Source: Pseudomonadota bacterium (GTDB lineage: Bacteria > UBA10199 > 2-02-FULL-44-16 > JAAZCA01). Taken from it: DNA of 37,578 nucleotides. Location: the NCBI GenBank assembly GCA_043822785.1, contig JBDRBN010000061.1, forward strand, positions 1-37,578, in the 5' to 3' direction. A model generated the notes under the pieces. The model ran no database searches. It was not told where the DNA came from and saw only the letters and a program-made list of their open reading frames with translations. Made by a program: the position numbers and the translations under genes. This document shows positions 1-9,143 of the stretch, piece by piece; the first letter of the stretch is position 1, and each line of letters opens with the position of its first letter.

Positions 1-11
1 TCATGTCTAGG

Positions 12-97
12 TGTCATTGCGAGGAGCGTTTAGCGACGAAGCAATCTCCCGCAAACACAGGTTATAAGGGGATTGCTTCGCTTTGCTCGCAATGACA
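12..97. repeat. RPE/REP-like palindromic element, full copy 1
   Basis: Outer IR TGTCATTGCGAG (12-23) / CTCGCAATGACA (86-97); inner IR CGAAGCAATC (37-46) / GATTGCTTCG (71-80). Related copies at 5577, 30190, 32274 and 34714. Confidence 0.9.
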
Positions 98-133
98 TCC
101 ATGAAAAACAAGCAGTTCTAACGCGACAGCAGT

Positions 134-188
134 GCAATTTCCAATTTCGTAGTTTATTGAAAGGCGATATTAGAAATTAGAAATTGGA
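134..188. repeat. Heptamer-based inverted repeat (CAATTTC/GAAATTR units)
   Basis: GCAATTTCCAATTTCG ... TTAGAAATTAGAAATTGGA; near-identical architecture at 2815-2879, including the shared AATTTCGTAnTTTATTGAA. Confidence 0.7.
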
Positions 189-191
189 TTG

Positions 192-1280
192 CTAACGCCC
201 CCAAATATCCACTTTGGTTCCTTCTTTGATTTTATCGTGGCCTCTCACCACGACCATATCTGCTTCCTTAAGGCCCCTGGTTATCTCGATGTAATTTCCA
301 TTAGTCTGCTTTGGTAATACCTGAACCCTGCGTGCTGCACCATTTACAACAGTGAATACGAAGAAACTGCGGCCCTCTCTTACAAGGGCTGCCTCGGGAA
401 TTACGAAGACTTGTTGCTTTGTGGGCCCTTCAAATTCAACGTTTGCCCTCATGCCAGCTTTATAAACACCCAGGGCATTGGGAATTGATGCTCGGACTGT
501 AAACTTGCTGCTTTCAGAATCCAGCGTGCTATCCACTGCAGTGATGCTTCCTTCTGCGCGCCTTCCATCTAAAGTGGGGAATCGCACTCTTACAGGTAAG
601 CCAGGGTGCACCATCGTTGACATGTCAGCGGTCAACTGAAATTCAACAATAGCAGGATCGACCTTTGATATGGTGAGTATGGGGCTTTTTGCAGGTGCAA
701 CTGCTCCTGCTGAGATATATTGTTTGGTCACAACGCCTGATACGGGACTTTTTAGAGTGGCATCACCCAATGCTGCTTCCAAGCGAGCGATGTCCTGGTT
801 GAGTTTTTCTATTTCTCCTTCGTCCGCTTCAACCTCGCTTTCGAGCTTGTCGTATCGTTCTTGGTCAATGCGTTCCTCTTCCAAAAGGCGGTCGCGGTTA
901 CGAAGAAGGTAGGAATCCTTTTCGAGCTTGCTCTGTGCATCCCTCAGATCTGCGCGCAGGCGTACGATTCTTAAATTCATCTCATCTTCAGAGAGCTTTG
1001 CCACAGCATCCCCGGCTGCCACGCTGTCACCCTCAGACACCAAAAAGCGATCTACTATCGCTTCTTCAGGAACGCTCACATCAGCGCTTTCTGCTGGGCC
1101 TATTGTGGCTGGTATGGCGATTTTTTGTACGTTTTCCCTCATCACGACGCTCTCAACCGTGACAGGAACACCGCTCTCCTCGCCTTTGAGGAGATTGGAG
1201 ATTATGCCTCCCTTTTCATTGCTGCAGCTAAATGCAATGAGCACCGCGCACGCTAATGATATTAAGATAGCTCGTTTCAT
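192..1280 (-). CDS. RND/ABC efflux periplasmic adaptor (membrane fusion protein), probable lipoprotein
   Basis: Lipoyl-like halves (VSEGDSVAAGDAVAKL; LKSPVSGVV) flank a coiled coil; C-terminal GLKEADMVVVRG. Start moved from 1355 to ATG 1280 because MKRAILISLACAVLIAFSC is a lipoprotein-type signal and the longer ORF begins inside a repeat. Confidence 0.85.
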   Translation of the reverse strand: MKRAILISLACAVLIAFSCSNEKGGIISNLLKGEESGVPVTVESVVMRENVQKIAIPATIGPAESADVSVPEEAIVDRFLVSEGDSVAAGDAVAKLSEDEMNLRIVRLRADLRDAQSKLEKDSYLLRNRDRLLEEERIDQERYDKLESEVEADEGEIEKLNQDIARLEAALGDATLKSPVSGVVTKQYISAGAVAPAKSPILTISKVDPAIVEFQLTADMSTMVHPGLPVRVRFPTLDGRRAEGSITAVDSTLDSESSKFTVRASIPNALGVYKAGMRANVEFEGPTKQQVFVIPEAALVREGRSFFVFTVVNGAARRVQVLPKQTNGNYIEITRGLKEADMVVVRGHDKIKEGTKVDIWGR

Positions 1281-1346
1281 GAATATTCCAATTTGGGCGG
1301 AATTATATGTAAAGGTATAAATAGGGCAATGGAAAAACTGCATAGG

Positions 1347-1382
1347 GCGAGACAAGCGAGAAACGCAAGCAAGGCCAGCAAC
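1347..1382 (+). repeat. Degenerate 9-mer tandem array (GC(C/G/A)AG(C/A)AA(C/G)-like)
   Basis: GCGAGACAA GCGAGAAAC GCAAGCAAG GCCAGCAAC; the same units recur at 10522, 18448 and 30153. Confidence 0.8.
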
Positions 1383-1450
1383 GTTTTGAATCTAGCTTGA
1401 CGATGGAAGGTCAGCGTGTTAGTTGAGCCCCTCTTTTCAAGGACTTAACA

Positions 1451-1489
1451 AGCTTTCAGCTGTCAGCTGTAAGCCGTAAGCTGATAGCT
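1451..1489. repeat. Degenerate 7-mer tandem array (AGCTGTC-like)
   Basis: AGCTTTC AGCTGTC AGCTGTA AGCCGTA AGCTGAT AGCT, immediately upstream of the glyQS RBS (AGGAG). Confidence 0.7.
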
Positions 1490-1500
1490 AGGAGTGATCT

Positions 1501-2811
1501 ATGGTTGAAATGGATGTTTTGGTGTCGCTCTGTAAGCGGCGTGGTTTCATATTCCAATCCAGCGAAATCTACGGTGGCATCAATGGGTTTTGGGATTTCG
1601 GTCCGGTCGGTTGTGAGCTGAAGCGCAGGATCAAGGATTCGTGGTGGAAGCGCATGGTCCAGGAACGCGACGATGTTGTAGGCCTGGATACCACGATCAT
1701 CGCACATCCCCGCACATGGATAGCATCGGGGCATGTAGAGAGCTTTAACGACCCTATGGTCGATTGCAAAGCCTGCAAGCATCGGTTTCGTCTTGATGAA
1801 ATTCCTGCTGCAGAGGGTGGAAAATCCGCCACCAAATGCCCGGAGTGCGGCGGAGAACTTACAGAGGCAAGAGAATTCAATCTCATGTTTCAGACAACAG
1901 TGGGCGCCACGCAGGATACTGCTTCGCTCGCATATCTTAGACCTGAGACATGCCAATCCATATTCACGCAATTTAAAAACGTGCAGATGTCCAGCCGTCA
2001 GAAAGTACCGTTTGGCATAGCCCAGATCGGCAAGGCTTTCAGAAACGAGATCACGCCGCGTAACTTTATCTTTCGTTCAAGAGAATTCGAGCAGATGGAG
2101 ATGGAGTTCTTCTGTCATGCAGATGAATCAAAGAAGTGGTTCGATTATTGGGTTGATGACAGGTATCAGTGGTTCAAAGCTGTGGGCATCAAGCCTGAGA
2201 GGCTAAGGCTAAGGCCTCACGAGCATCGCGAACTCGCCCACTATGCTACGAGCTGTATAGATGTTGAGTACGAGATGCCCTTTGGCTGGTCAGAGATGGA
2301 GGGCATTGCAAACCGCACTGACTACGACCTCTCTAATCACATGAAGGTTTCTGGAAAAGATCTCACCTATTTTGATGAGGTGCGCAAAGAGAAGTATCTG
2401 CCGCACGTGATAGAAACCTCTGCTGGAGTGGATCGCGCAGCGCTTGCAGTGCTGGCTGATGCTTATCGCGAAGAAGAGGTGCGCGGCGAAAAAAGGGTGG
2501 TCATGGGCTTTCATCCTTCAGTAGCGCCAGTGCAGGTAGGTGTACTTCCGCTTTCTGCAAAACTCGGCGAGCCGGCCAAGAAGATCGAGAAGGATCTGAA
2601 AAAATATTTCTTTAGCGAATACGATGCAGCCGGATCCATAGGAAAACGCTATCGCCGCCACGATGAGATCGGCACGCCTTTCTGCGTGACATATGACTTT
2701 GATTCAGAAAACGACAAGGCAGTTACAGTGCGCGATCGCGACAGCATGGATCAGGATAGAATACCTATAGATAAATTGATGGAGTATTTGAGGGATAAGT
2801 TTGAATTATAA
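1501..2811 (+). CDS. glyQS: Glycine--tRNA ligase, alpha2 (homodimeric) type
   Basis: CKRRGFIFQSSEIYGG, YLRPETCQSIF, FRNEITPRNFIFRSREFEQMEMEFF; anticodon domain GSIGKRYRRHDEIGTPFCVT; RBS AGGAG. Confidence 0.97.
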   Translation: MVEMDVLVSLCKRRGFIFQSSEIYGGINGFWDFGPVGCELKRRIKDSWWKRMVQERDDVVGLDTTIIAHPRTWIASGHVESFNDPMVDCKACKHRFRLDEIPAAEGGKSATKCPECGGELTEAREFNLMFQTTVGATQDTASLAYLRPETCQSIFTQFKNVQMSSRQKVPFGIAQIGKAFRNEITPRNFIFRSREFEQMEMEFFCHADESKKWFDYWVDDRYQWFKAVGIKPERLRLRPHEHRELAHYATSCIDVEYEMPFGWSEMEGIANRTDYDLSNHMKVSGKDLTYFDEVRKEKYLPHVIETSAGVDRAALAVLADAYREEEVRGEKRVVMGFHPSVAPVQVGVLPLSAKLGEPAKKIEKDLKKYFFSEYDAAGSIGKRYRRHDEIGTPFCVTYDFDSENDKAVTVRDRDSMDQDRIPIDKLMEYLRDKFEL

Positions 2812-2814
2812 GCA

Positions 2815-2879
2815 TAATCCAATTTCTAATTTCGTATTTTATTGAATACCAGTGAAAAGCGAAATTGGAAATTAGATTA
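2815..2879. repeat. Heptamer-based inverted repeat (second copy of the 134-188 family)
   Basis: TAATCCAATTTCTAATTTCG (2815-2834) / CGAAATTGGAAATTAGATTA (2860-2879): 20-bp arms with two non-Watson-Crick positions. Confidence 0.75.
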
Positions 2880-2898
2880 ATTACAAGGAGGCAAGGAA

Positions 2899-5568
2899 AT
2901 GAGTACCAAGTACGTATACACATTCGGAGCCGGCAAGGCAGAGGGAAATGCAAAGATGAAGAATCTGCTCGGCGGCAAGGGAGCGAACCTCGCCGAGATG
3001 AGCGGCATGGGCATTCCGGTGCCTGCGGGCATGACAGTTACAACAGAGGTCTGCACCTATTACTATGAAAATGATCATAAGTATCCCGAGGATCTTAAGA
3101 AGCAGGTCGAGGACGGCGTGAAGTACATAGAGAAGACCATGGGCGCAAAGTTTGGCGATCCTAAGAATCCGCTGCTCTTATCCGTACGTTCAGGTGCCCG
3201 CGTGAGCATGCCTGGCATGATGGATACAGTTCTCAACCTGGGCCTCAACCAAGAAACGATAAAGGGTCTTTTAGAGAAGACCGGCAATGAGCGCTTTGTT
3301 TACGATTCCTATCGCCGCTTCATCCAGATGTATAGCGACGTAGTCATGGGCGCCGAGTCAGAACACTTTGAGAAGATAATAGACGAGATAAAGGAAGCCA
3401 AGGGCGTTAAGTTAGATACGCAACTCACTGCAGAAGATCTTAAAGAGCTTTGCAAGCGCTTTAAGGAATTGGTGAAAAAAGATTTAGGGCACGATTTTCC
3501 GGAAGATCCCAATGAGCAGCTCTGGGGCGGAATAGGCGCTGTGTTCAAATCCTGGATGGTTCCACGCGCTGTTGAGTATCGCAGGCTTCACGACTATCCC
3601 TCACATTGGGGAACAGCTGTCAATGTTCAGGCTATGGTTTATGGAAACATGGGCGATGACTGTGCGACCGGCGTTGCGTTTACGCGCGATCCCGGCACTG
3701 GCGAGAATCGTTTCTTTGGAGAATATCTCATCAATGCGCAGGGCGAGGACGTGGTGGCAGGCATTCGCACGCCGCAGCCTATAAATATCGCGGCGAAAAA
3801 GGACGAGAGCGAAAAGTCGCTGGAGGAAGCGATGCCCAAGCTCTACAAGCAGCTCGAAGGCATCTACCTAAAGCTTGAAAAGCACTATCGCGACATGCAG
3901 GACATCGAGTTCACCATTCAGCAGAATAAACTCTGGATGCTGCAGACAAGAAACGGAAAGCGCACAGGTCCTGCAGCTGTGAGAATCGCTGTGGACATGG
4001 TTAAGGAAAAGCTCATCGACAAAAAAGAAGCTGTAATGCGCGTTCAGCCCGAACAGCTTGATCAGCTTTTGCATCCGCGTATCGATCCCAAGATAAAGAG
4101 GGAGGTCATAGCTTCTGGCCTTCCTGCATCTCCGGGAGCAGCGGTCGGTCGGGTTGTCTTTACGGCTGATGAGGCAGCAGACTGGGTAAAGGGTGGTAAA
4201 AAAGTAATCCTGGTGCGAATCGAGACATCCCCGGACGACATCAAAGGCATGGCAGTAGCAGAGGGTATTCTCACGGCCCGCGGCGGAATGACTTCTCACG
4301 CAGCAGTGGTGGCGCGCGGCATGGGCACGCCCTGTGTTGCTGGTTGCGGTGATCTGCAAGTTAACGGTGCTCGCAAACAGGCGAGGATAGGTGAGATAAC
4401 GATAGAAGAGGGCGATCCCATCACCATCGATGGGACCACAGGCGAAGTCATGCTAGGCGAGATGCCCACCATCCATCCGGAGCTCACAGGAGAGTTTGGC
4501 GAGTTCATGGCGTGGACCGATGGATTGAAGAGGTTAAAAGTGCGCACCAACGCTGATACGCCTCGCGACACCGAGGTTGCGCGCAAGTTTGGCGCAGAGG
4601 GCATAGGCCTTTGCCGCACTGAGCACATGTTCTTTGAGGGCGATCGCATCGATGCAGTGCGCGAGATGATCATGGCTGAGGACACCAACGGTCGCAAGCA
4701 GGCATTGGCCAAAATTCTTCCCATGCAAAAGGGCGACTTCAAAGGAATATTCAAGGCCATGGACGGATATCCGGTTACGATTCGTCTGCTAGATCCTCCT
4801 TTGCACGAGTTCCTTCCTCATACGGAAGAGGAGATCAAAGACCTGGCAAGAAAGATGGGCGAGAGCGAAGAGAAGCTTAGGGCAAAGAAAGATGAACTGC
4901 ACGAGTTCAACCCCATGCTGGGCCACCGCGGTTGTCGCCTTGGAGTTTCGTTTCCAGAGATCTATGCCATGCAGGCACAGGCCATTATGGAAGCTGCATG
5001 CGAGCTGGTTCGTGATGAGAAGATCGCGGTTATACCAGAGATCGAGATTCCTTTAGTCGGCACTGCAAACGAGCTCAGGCAGATGCGTGCGGTATGCGAG
5101 AAGGTGTGCAACGAGGTGATCGTGCGCACAGGGCAGAAAGTCGATTACACGATCGGCACCATGATCGAACTTCCGCGCGCGTGCATCACAGCAGACGAGA
5201 TTGCAAAATATGCAGATTTCTTTAGTTTTGGAACAAACGACCTCACCCAAACTACATTTGGATTTTCGCGCGATGATGCAGGCAAGTTTTTGCGCGAGTA
5301 TGTGGACAAGAAGATCCTTAGTGCTGATCCGTTTGTAACCATCGATCAAAATGGAGTGGGCGGGCTCATGAAGATAGGCATAGAAAAAGGCCGCAGCACA
5401 AATCCAAAGCTAGAGATAGGCATCTGCGGCGAGCACGGCGGCGAGGCTCAATCGGTTGCGTTCTGCAACGAGATCGGCCTGGATTACGTAAGCTGCTCAC
5501 CATACCGCGTGCCCATCGCCCGCCTTGCAGCAGCCAGGGCAGTGGTTGAAAAAGAAAGTAACAAGTAA
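2899..5568 (+). CDS. ppdK: Pyruvate, phosphate dikinase
   Basis: LLGGKGANLAEM, LSVRSGARVSMPGMMDTVLNLG, catalytic GGMTSHAAVVARG, GIGLCRTEHMF, GICGEHGG; strong RBS AAGGAGG. Confidence 0.98.
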   Translation: MSTKYVYTFGAGKAEGNAKMKNLLGGKGANLAEMSGMGIPVPAGMTVTTEVCTYYYENDHKYPEDLKKQVEDGVKYIEKTMGAKFGDPKNPLLLSVRSGARVSMPGMMDTVLNLGLNQETIKGLLEKTGNERFVYDSYRRFIQMYSDVVMGAESEHFEKIIDEIKEAKGVKLDTQLTAEDLKELCKRFKELVKKDLGHDFPEDPNEQLWGGIGAVFKSWMVPRAVEYRRLHDYPSHWGTAVNVQAMVYGNMGDDCATGVAFTRDPGTGENRFFGEYLINAQGEDVVAGIRTPQPINIAAKKDESEKSLEEAMPKLYKQLEGIYLKLEKHYRDMQDIEFTIQQNKLWMLQTRNGKRTGPAAVRIAVDMVKEKLIDKKEAVMRVQPEQLDQLLHPRIDPKIKREVIASGLPASPGAAVGRVVFTADEAADWVKGGKKVILVRIETSPDDIKGMAVAEGILTARGGMTSHAAVVARGMGTPCVAGCGDLQVNGARKQARIGEITIEEGDPITIDGTTGEVMLGEMPTIHPELTGEFGEFMAWTDGLKRLKVRTNADTPRDTEVARKFGAEGIGLCRTEHMFFEGDRIDAVREMIMAEDTNGRKQALAKILPMQKGDFKGIFKAMDGYPVTIRLLDPPLHEFLPHTEEEIKDLARKMGESEEKLRAKKDELHEFNPMLGHRGCRLGVSFPEIYAMQAQAIMEAACELVRDEKIAVIPEIEIPLVGTANELRQMRAVCEKVCNEVIVRTGQKVDYTIGTMIELPRACITADEIAKYADFFSFGTNDLTQTTFGFSRDDAGKFLREYVDKKILSADPFVTIDQNGVGGLMKIGIEKGRSTNPKLEIGICGEHGGEAQSVAFCNEIGLDYVSCSPYRVPIARLAAARAVVEKESNK

Positions 5569-5576
5569 CCGGTTTG

Positions 5577-5605
5577 TGTCATTGCGAAGCGAAGTCGAAG
5601 CAATC
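5577..5605. repeat. RPE/REP-like element, left-half copy
   Basis: TGTCATTGCGAAGCGAAGTCGAAGCAATC matches the left half of the 12-97 element. Confidence 0.75.
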
Positions 5606-5622
5606 ACATGAAAACACGCAAC

Positions 5623-5652
5623 AAAAAATCCCGCCCTATGGCGGGATTTTTT
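5623..5652. terminator. Bidirectional intrinsic terminator
   Basis: AAAAAATCCCGCC-CTAT-GGCGGGATTTTTT perfect hairpin with A/T tails, between convergent genes. Confidence 0.9.
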
Positions 5653-5678
5653 AATTCAGTGCAAATGTTATAACTATT

Positions 5679-6156
5679 TCAGAATGAAACGCCTAAATAA
5701 CCTTCGCCACCTATTGCTATTCCTGTCTCATCGCCAGGATAAATCGTTCCTGTGGCATTAACGCCAGCTAGAATTGGAAAAACATCGCCACCACTAAATC
5801 TCGGGCCAAACATAAAGTAGCCACCTGGAATTATTTGTTCTTTATCCAGCATATAGTCTTGAGTAAATCCACTTGAGAGATTCACTCCAGCCTGCCTCTT
5901 TGTATCCTTTAACCAATAACCAATATGTAAGATTCATTCCTACGCCCCAGCCAACAGCGGGTCTGCTTGTAATCAGCCCCCTTAATTCTGGACCGAGCTC
6001 AAATGCAGGCCCTTTAGACCAGTCTTCATGTTCGGTAATGAGAAACTGAGGCGACAGACTTAGCCCAAAGGTTGCTTCGCCAATATGTTCATCGCCTAGA
6101 GAGAAATACCTGCCGCCAATATGTCCTGTTGTATCAACATGAAATGAATCGCCCAT
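5679..6156 (-). pseudogene. Frameshifted orphan beta-strand-rich (OMP-like) gene
   Basis: ORFs 5842..6156 and 5679..5885 join into one 157-aa frame (...YKEAGVNLSSGFTQDY...GEGYLGVSF) if one unit of the 4-bp tandem duplication GCCTGCCT (5890-5897) is removed. Strong RBS GAGGAGG; alternating hydrophobic strands; terminal Phe. Confidence 0.7.
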
Positions 6157-6352
6157 TTAATTCCTCCTCTTTCCCTTGATTTTTTTGACCCGCACCATCG
6201 CCGATCTGATACATGTATCGGCCGTTTTTTTTGTTGCGTGGTTTTTTAAAAAAAATTCACCATGGCTAACCATTTGAAATTCAAGGTGCAATCCGAGGTG
6301 CCAGGCATTGCTTGGTGCATTTATGGGAGTTTTTTGCGGTTAATCCGTGACT

Positions 6353-6637
6353 CTATTTTTCATAAACATCTTTGCGATGTTTGATCACAACGATGGTTAT
6401 GATTCGCTTTTCGTGGTCAATACGATATACAATGCGATAATCTCCAACGCGCAGCCTGCGGTGTCTTTTGAGACTGTAACGTAGCGGCTTTCCTAGACCT
6501 ATTGGATCAATGGCCAGACGCTCCTCAATAGCTCTCTTGATGAGTTTTCGAATGGTCTTGGGAAGACAGGGGATATCCTCACTTACTACAGAATCTAAAT
6601 ATTCGATCCGGTAGCGGTCACTTCCAGGCTTTGTCAT
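6353..6637 (-). CDS. RelE/ParE-family type II toxin
   Basis: YRIEYL...GKPLRYSLKRHRRLRVGDYRIVYRID...IKHRKDVY. ATG 6637 is preferred as it overlaps the antitoxin end; the ORF extends to 6661. Confidence 0.9.
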   Translation of the reverse strand: MTKPGSDRYRIEYLDSVVSEDIPCLPKTIRKLIKRAIEERLAIDPIGLGKPLRYSLKRHRRLRVGDYRIVYRIDHEKRIITIVVIKHRKDVYEK

Positions 6638-6839
6638 GGGAAACAGTCCTCTTGGATTCATTTTCGCGCTTCATGGCAATACCGGATAACAACAGATCTT
6701 CATGACGCTCAAGAGCGTCAACGATTAACTCTTGAGCAACGACTGATAAGGATTTATCCTCATTCTTGGCAAGTTCCGTCAACGCCTGAAGAATTGCCGT
6801 TGTAAGAACAATATTTAATCGAGGTTTTTTGGTGGGCAT
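6618..6839 (-). CDS. Antitoxin, ribbon-helix-helix type
   Basis: MPTKKPRLNIVL...LAKNEDKSLSVVAQELIVDALE...VSHDKAW; directly upstream of and overlapping the RelE gene; RBS AAGGAG. Confidence 0.85.
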   Translation of the reverse strand: MPTKKPRLNIVLTTAILQALTELAKNEDKSLSVVAQELIVDALERHEDLLLSGIAMKRENESKRTVSHDKAWK

Positions 6840-6870
6840 AACAATATCTCCTTATTTGTAGGCAGATAGA

Positions 6871-6900
6871 AGTGTATCACTAGTGGCACACCAAAGTCAA
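6871..6900 (-). promoter_or_regulatory. sigma70-like promoter of the TA operon with overlapping operator palindrome
   Basis: Minus strand TTGACT-N18-TACACT; imperfect palindrome GTGTATCACTAGTGGCACAC (6872-6891) overlaps it, as expected for RHH autorepression. Confidence 0.6.
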
Positions 6901-6967
6901 TTTAAATGTACATCGATTTATAGAAATTTTCTGGCCATTTTGCGCCAATCTGTGACAGATTTTTGCT

Positions 6968-7639
6968 ATGATCTTTCATCATTTCAGGAAGTCTTTTAAT
7001 ATCATCGCTGATCTCGTGTATCCTCCCAGGTGTCCCTTCTGTCATGCCTTTGTGAATAAGCGCTATAGGCCGTGCCATTCCTGCCACAATTCCATAATCA
7101 GGCTTGATACAGATGCGCATCTGGAACTGCCTGGTCGTATTTATCTATCGCGTGCGAGATCCTGCTTTGGATATGACGGCATTGTAAGAGAGCTTTTGCA
7201 TGCATACAAGTATGGCAATCGCCTTGACTGCGAGAGGTTTCTGGCAGATTCGCTTTTAGAAAAAGCGCAGAGCATGGGCGAGTTTGACTGCATCATATCT
7301 GTGCCTGCGCAAGACAAGAGAATGATATCCAGGGGGCTTGATGCATGTGCACTTCTTGCAAGGCGTATATCGCAAAAAAGCAATGTTCCTTATAAATCAA
7401 AAATTCTTAAGCGCATACGTTGTGTAGAACCACAGGTGGGCTTGCCGCGCACACAGCGCATGGAGAATGTGAAAGGCGTGTTTGGAATAACGCCAGGTCG
7501 CGATAAAGTAGATAGAGCAAGAGTGCTTCTCATTGATGATGTTCTGACCACAGGCGCTACGGCCAATGATTGTGCAAGGGCGCTCATCAAAGCCGGCGCG
7601 CAGGAGGTGCAGGCGCTTACGGTCGCCAGAGTACTTTGA
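6968..7639 (+). CDS. comF: ComF-family protein (zinc ribbon + phosphoribosyltransferase-like domain)
   Basis: YPPRCPFC...CHSC; PQVGLPRTQRMENVKGVF; PRT motif VLLIDDVLTTGAT. Start codon uncertain. Confidence 0.85.
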   Translation: MIFHHFRKSFNIIADLVYPPRCPFCHAFVNKRYRPCHSCHNSIIRLDTDAHLELPGRIYLSRARSCFGYDGIVRELLHAYKYGNRLDCERFLADSLLEKAQSMGEFDCIISVPAQDKRMISRGLDACALLARRISQKSNVPYKSKILKRIRCVEPQVGLPRTQRMENVKGVFGITPGRDKVDRARVLLIDDVLTTGATANDCARALIKAGAQEVQALTVARVL

Positions 7640-7704
7640 TAGCTGTTCTCGATTGACCTTAAGCGCGCATGCGTGCTATCTATCTGTAACTTCAAGAGAA
7701 TCCT

Positions 7705-8490
7705 ATGAGAGATACGCTAAAGAAGGTCTGCGATATTGCCAAGCGAGCAGGCCAGGTGCAGATCGAGCACTTTGGAAACGTGAGGCACGTTGCGTACAAA
7801 GGAGCTATTGATCTTGTAACAGAGGTCGATAAGGAGTGCGAAACACTCATCGTTGAGGAACTTCAAAAAGCCTTTCCTAAAGACGATATATTGGCTGAAG
7901 AGGGTTCTGGCAAGCGGCATGACTCGCGCAGAAGGTGGATCGTGGACCCACTCGATGGCACGGTCAACTTCACGCACGGCTTTCCCTTTTTCTGCACATC
8001 CATTGCCCTAGAGGTGAATGGGCAACTCGATCTTGGCGTTATCTATGACCCCAATCGCGATGAGATGTTTTCAGCTGCTCGTGGCAGCGGAGCAAGGCTC
8101 AATGAAAGGAGCATCAGCGTTTCCAAAGTGCCTGAGTTGGGTCATGCACTTTTAGCAACTGGCTTTGCATATAACGTGCGTGAGGAGTCGCGCCTTGACA
8201 ATCTCGATAATTTCAGCCGGTTCATAAAGCGTGCTCGCGCAATTCGCAGGCCAGGCTCTGCGGCCATCGATCTTGCGTGGATCGCGTGCGGCCGCATAGA
8301 TGGATTTTGGGAGCTCTTCCTCAAGTCATGGGATATGGCAGCGGGCGTGTGCATAATACGCGAGGCTGGAGGGATGGTGAGTTCGTTTGACGGCTCGCCA
8401 TACAATGTCTACGGAACACAAATTTTGGCTTCCAACGGTTTGATTCATAATGAGATGATGCACGTACTCAGCATGGGTAATAAGAAATGA
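7705..8490 (+). CDS. suhB: Inositol monophosphatase family protein
   Basis: DLVTEVD, ILAEE, WIVDPLDGTVNFTHG, GSAAIDLAWIACGRIDGFWE, WDMAAG. Confidence 0.92.
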   Translation: MRDTLKKVCDIAKRAGQVQIEHFGNVRHVAYKGAIDLVTEVDKECETLIVEELQKAFPKDDILAEEGSGKRHDSRRRWIVDPLDGTVNFTHGFPFFCTSIALEVNGQLDLGVIYDPNRDEMFSAARGSGARLNERSISVSKVPELGHALLATGFAYNVREESRLDNLDNFSRFIKRARAIRRPGSAAIDLAWIACGRIDGFWELFLKSWDMAAGVCIIREAGGMVSSFDGSPYNVYGTQILASNGLIHNEMMHVLSMGNKK

Positions 8491-9143
8491 GAGATCCGAA
8501 TAAAAAAGAGCCGGCGCCAATAAATGCTTCTGAAGTATGCTATAGGGCCTTTGAGCTCATGGCTGACAAACGTTACGAGGATGCTGAGAAACTTTTATCC
8601 TCCAACATGTCGCGCACTGATGACGACGCAAAGATTGCTCTATATCACTCGGTGCTTGGCGTTTTGTTTAAGATGCAGGGTGAGTACAAGATCGCATGGA
8701 AGCATTACGAGCGTGCAGAAAAGCTGCTTCCTGATGATCCAGCCTTGAAGATCATTTCAGCCAGGCTTCTCATCGAGCAGTTTGCCCAGTACGATCAGGC
8801 CATAAAGAAGTGCAATAAGGTCTTAGACCTCATACCAAATAACCCTGTGTTCGCGCATCAGGCCCATACGACCATGGGGCTCGCATATCTCAGGAAGGGC
8901 AATCGTAAAAAGGCGTTGTCGAATTTCATAACTTCATGGGGCGATGATTTTAGGGGTTTTGTCTCAGGAAAGAATATCGACTTTACACTTCTTGAAATGT
9001 TGGTGCGCAGAAACTATGGCCTTAAAGAATGTCGCGAATTCCTTCTAAAGGCAAAGGCGTTTGTAGAGTCAACTGAGGAGGAGCCATATATCCATCTCAC
9101 CGAAAGGCTCCTTGCAGCATTTGATCAAGAAAATCCCCGATGA
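8487..9143 (+). CDS. Tetratricopeptide repeat protein
   Basis: TPR-like helices (LYHSVLGVLFKMQGEYKIAWKHYERAEKLLPDD); ATGA overlaps with both neighbours suggest translational coupling. Confidence 0.75.
   Translation: MRDPNKKEPAPINASEVCYRAFELMADKRYEDAEKLLSSNMSRTDDDAKIALYHSVLGVLFKMQGEYKIAWKHYERAEKLLPDDPALKIISARLLIEQFAQYDQAIKKCNKVLDLIPNNPVFAHQAHTTMGLAYLRKGNRKKALSNFITSWGDDFRGFVSGKNIDFTLLEMLVRRNYGLKECREFLLKAKAFVESTEEEPYIHLTERLLAAFDQENPR

Noticed and set aside
1..10. Possible start (CAT at 2-4) of a downstream minus-strand transporter gene partnering the adaptor
   Set aside because: Only a few bases are inside the window; it cannot be supported.
12..97. Cloverleaf palindromes as tRNA genes
   Set aside because: No T-loop GTTCRA, D-loop or CCA features; multi-copy with variable arms.
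6285..6303. Canonical sigma54 promoter (also 20894-20909 and 20916-20929)
   Set aside because: GG-GC spacing is 11 (or 9) nt rather than the strict 10; kept only as an unexplained shared motif.
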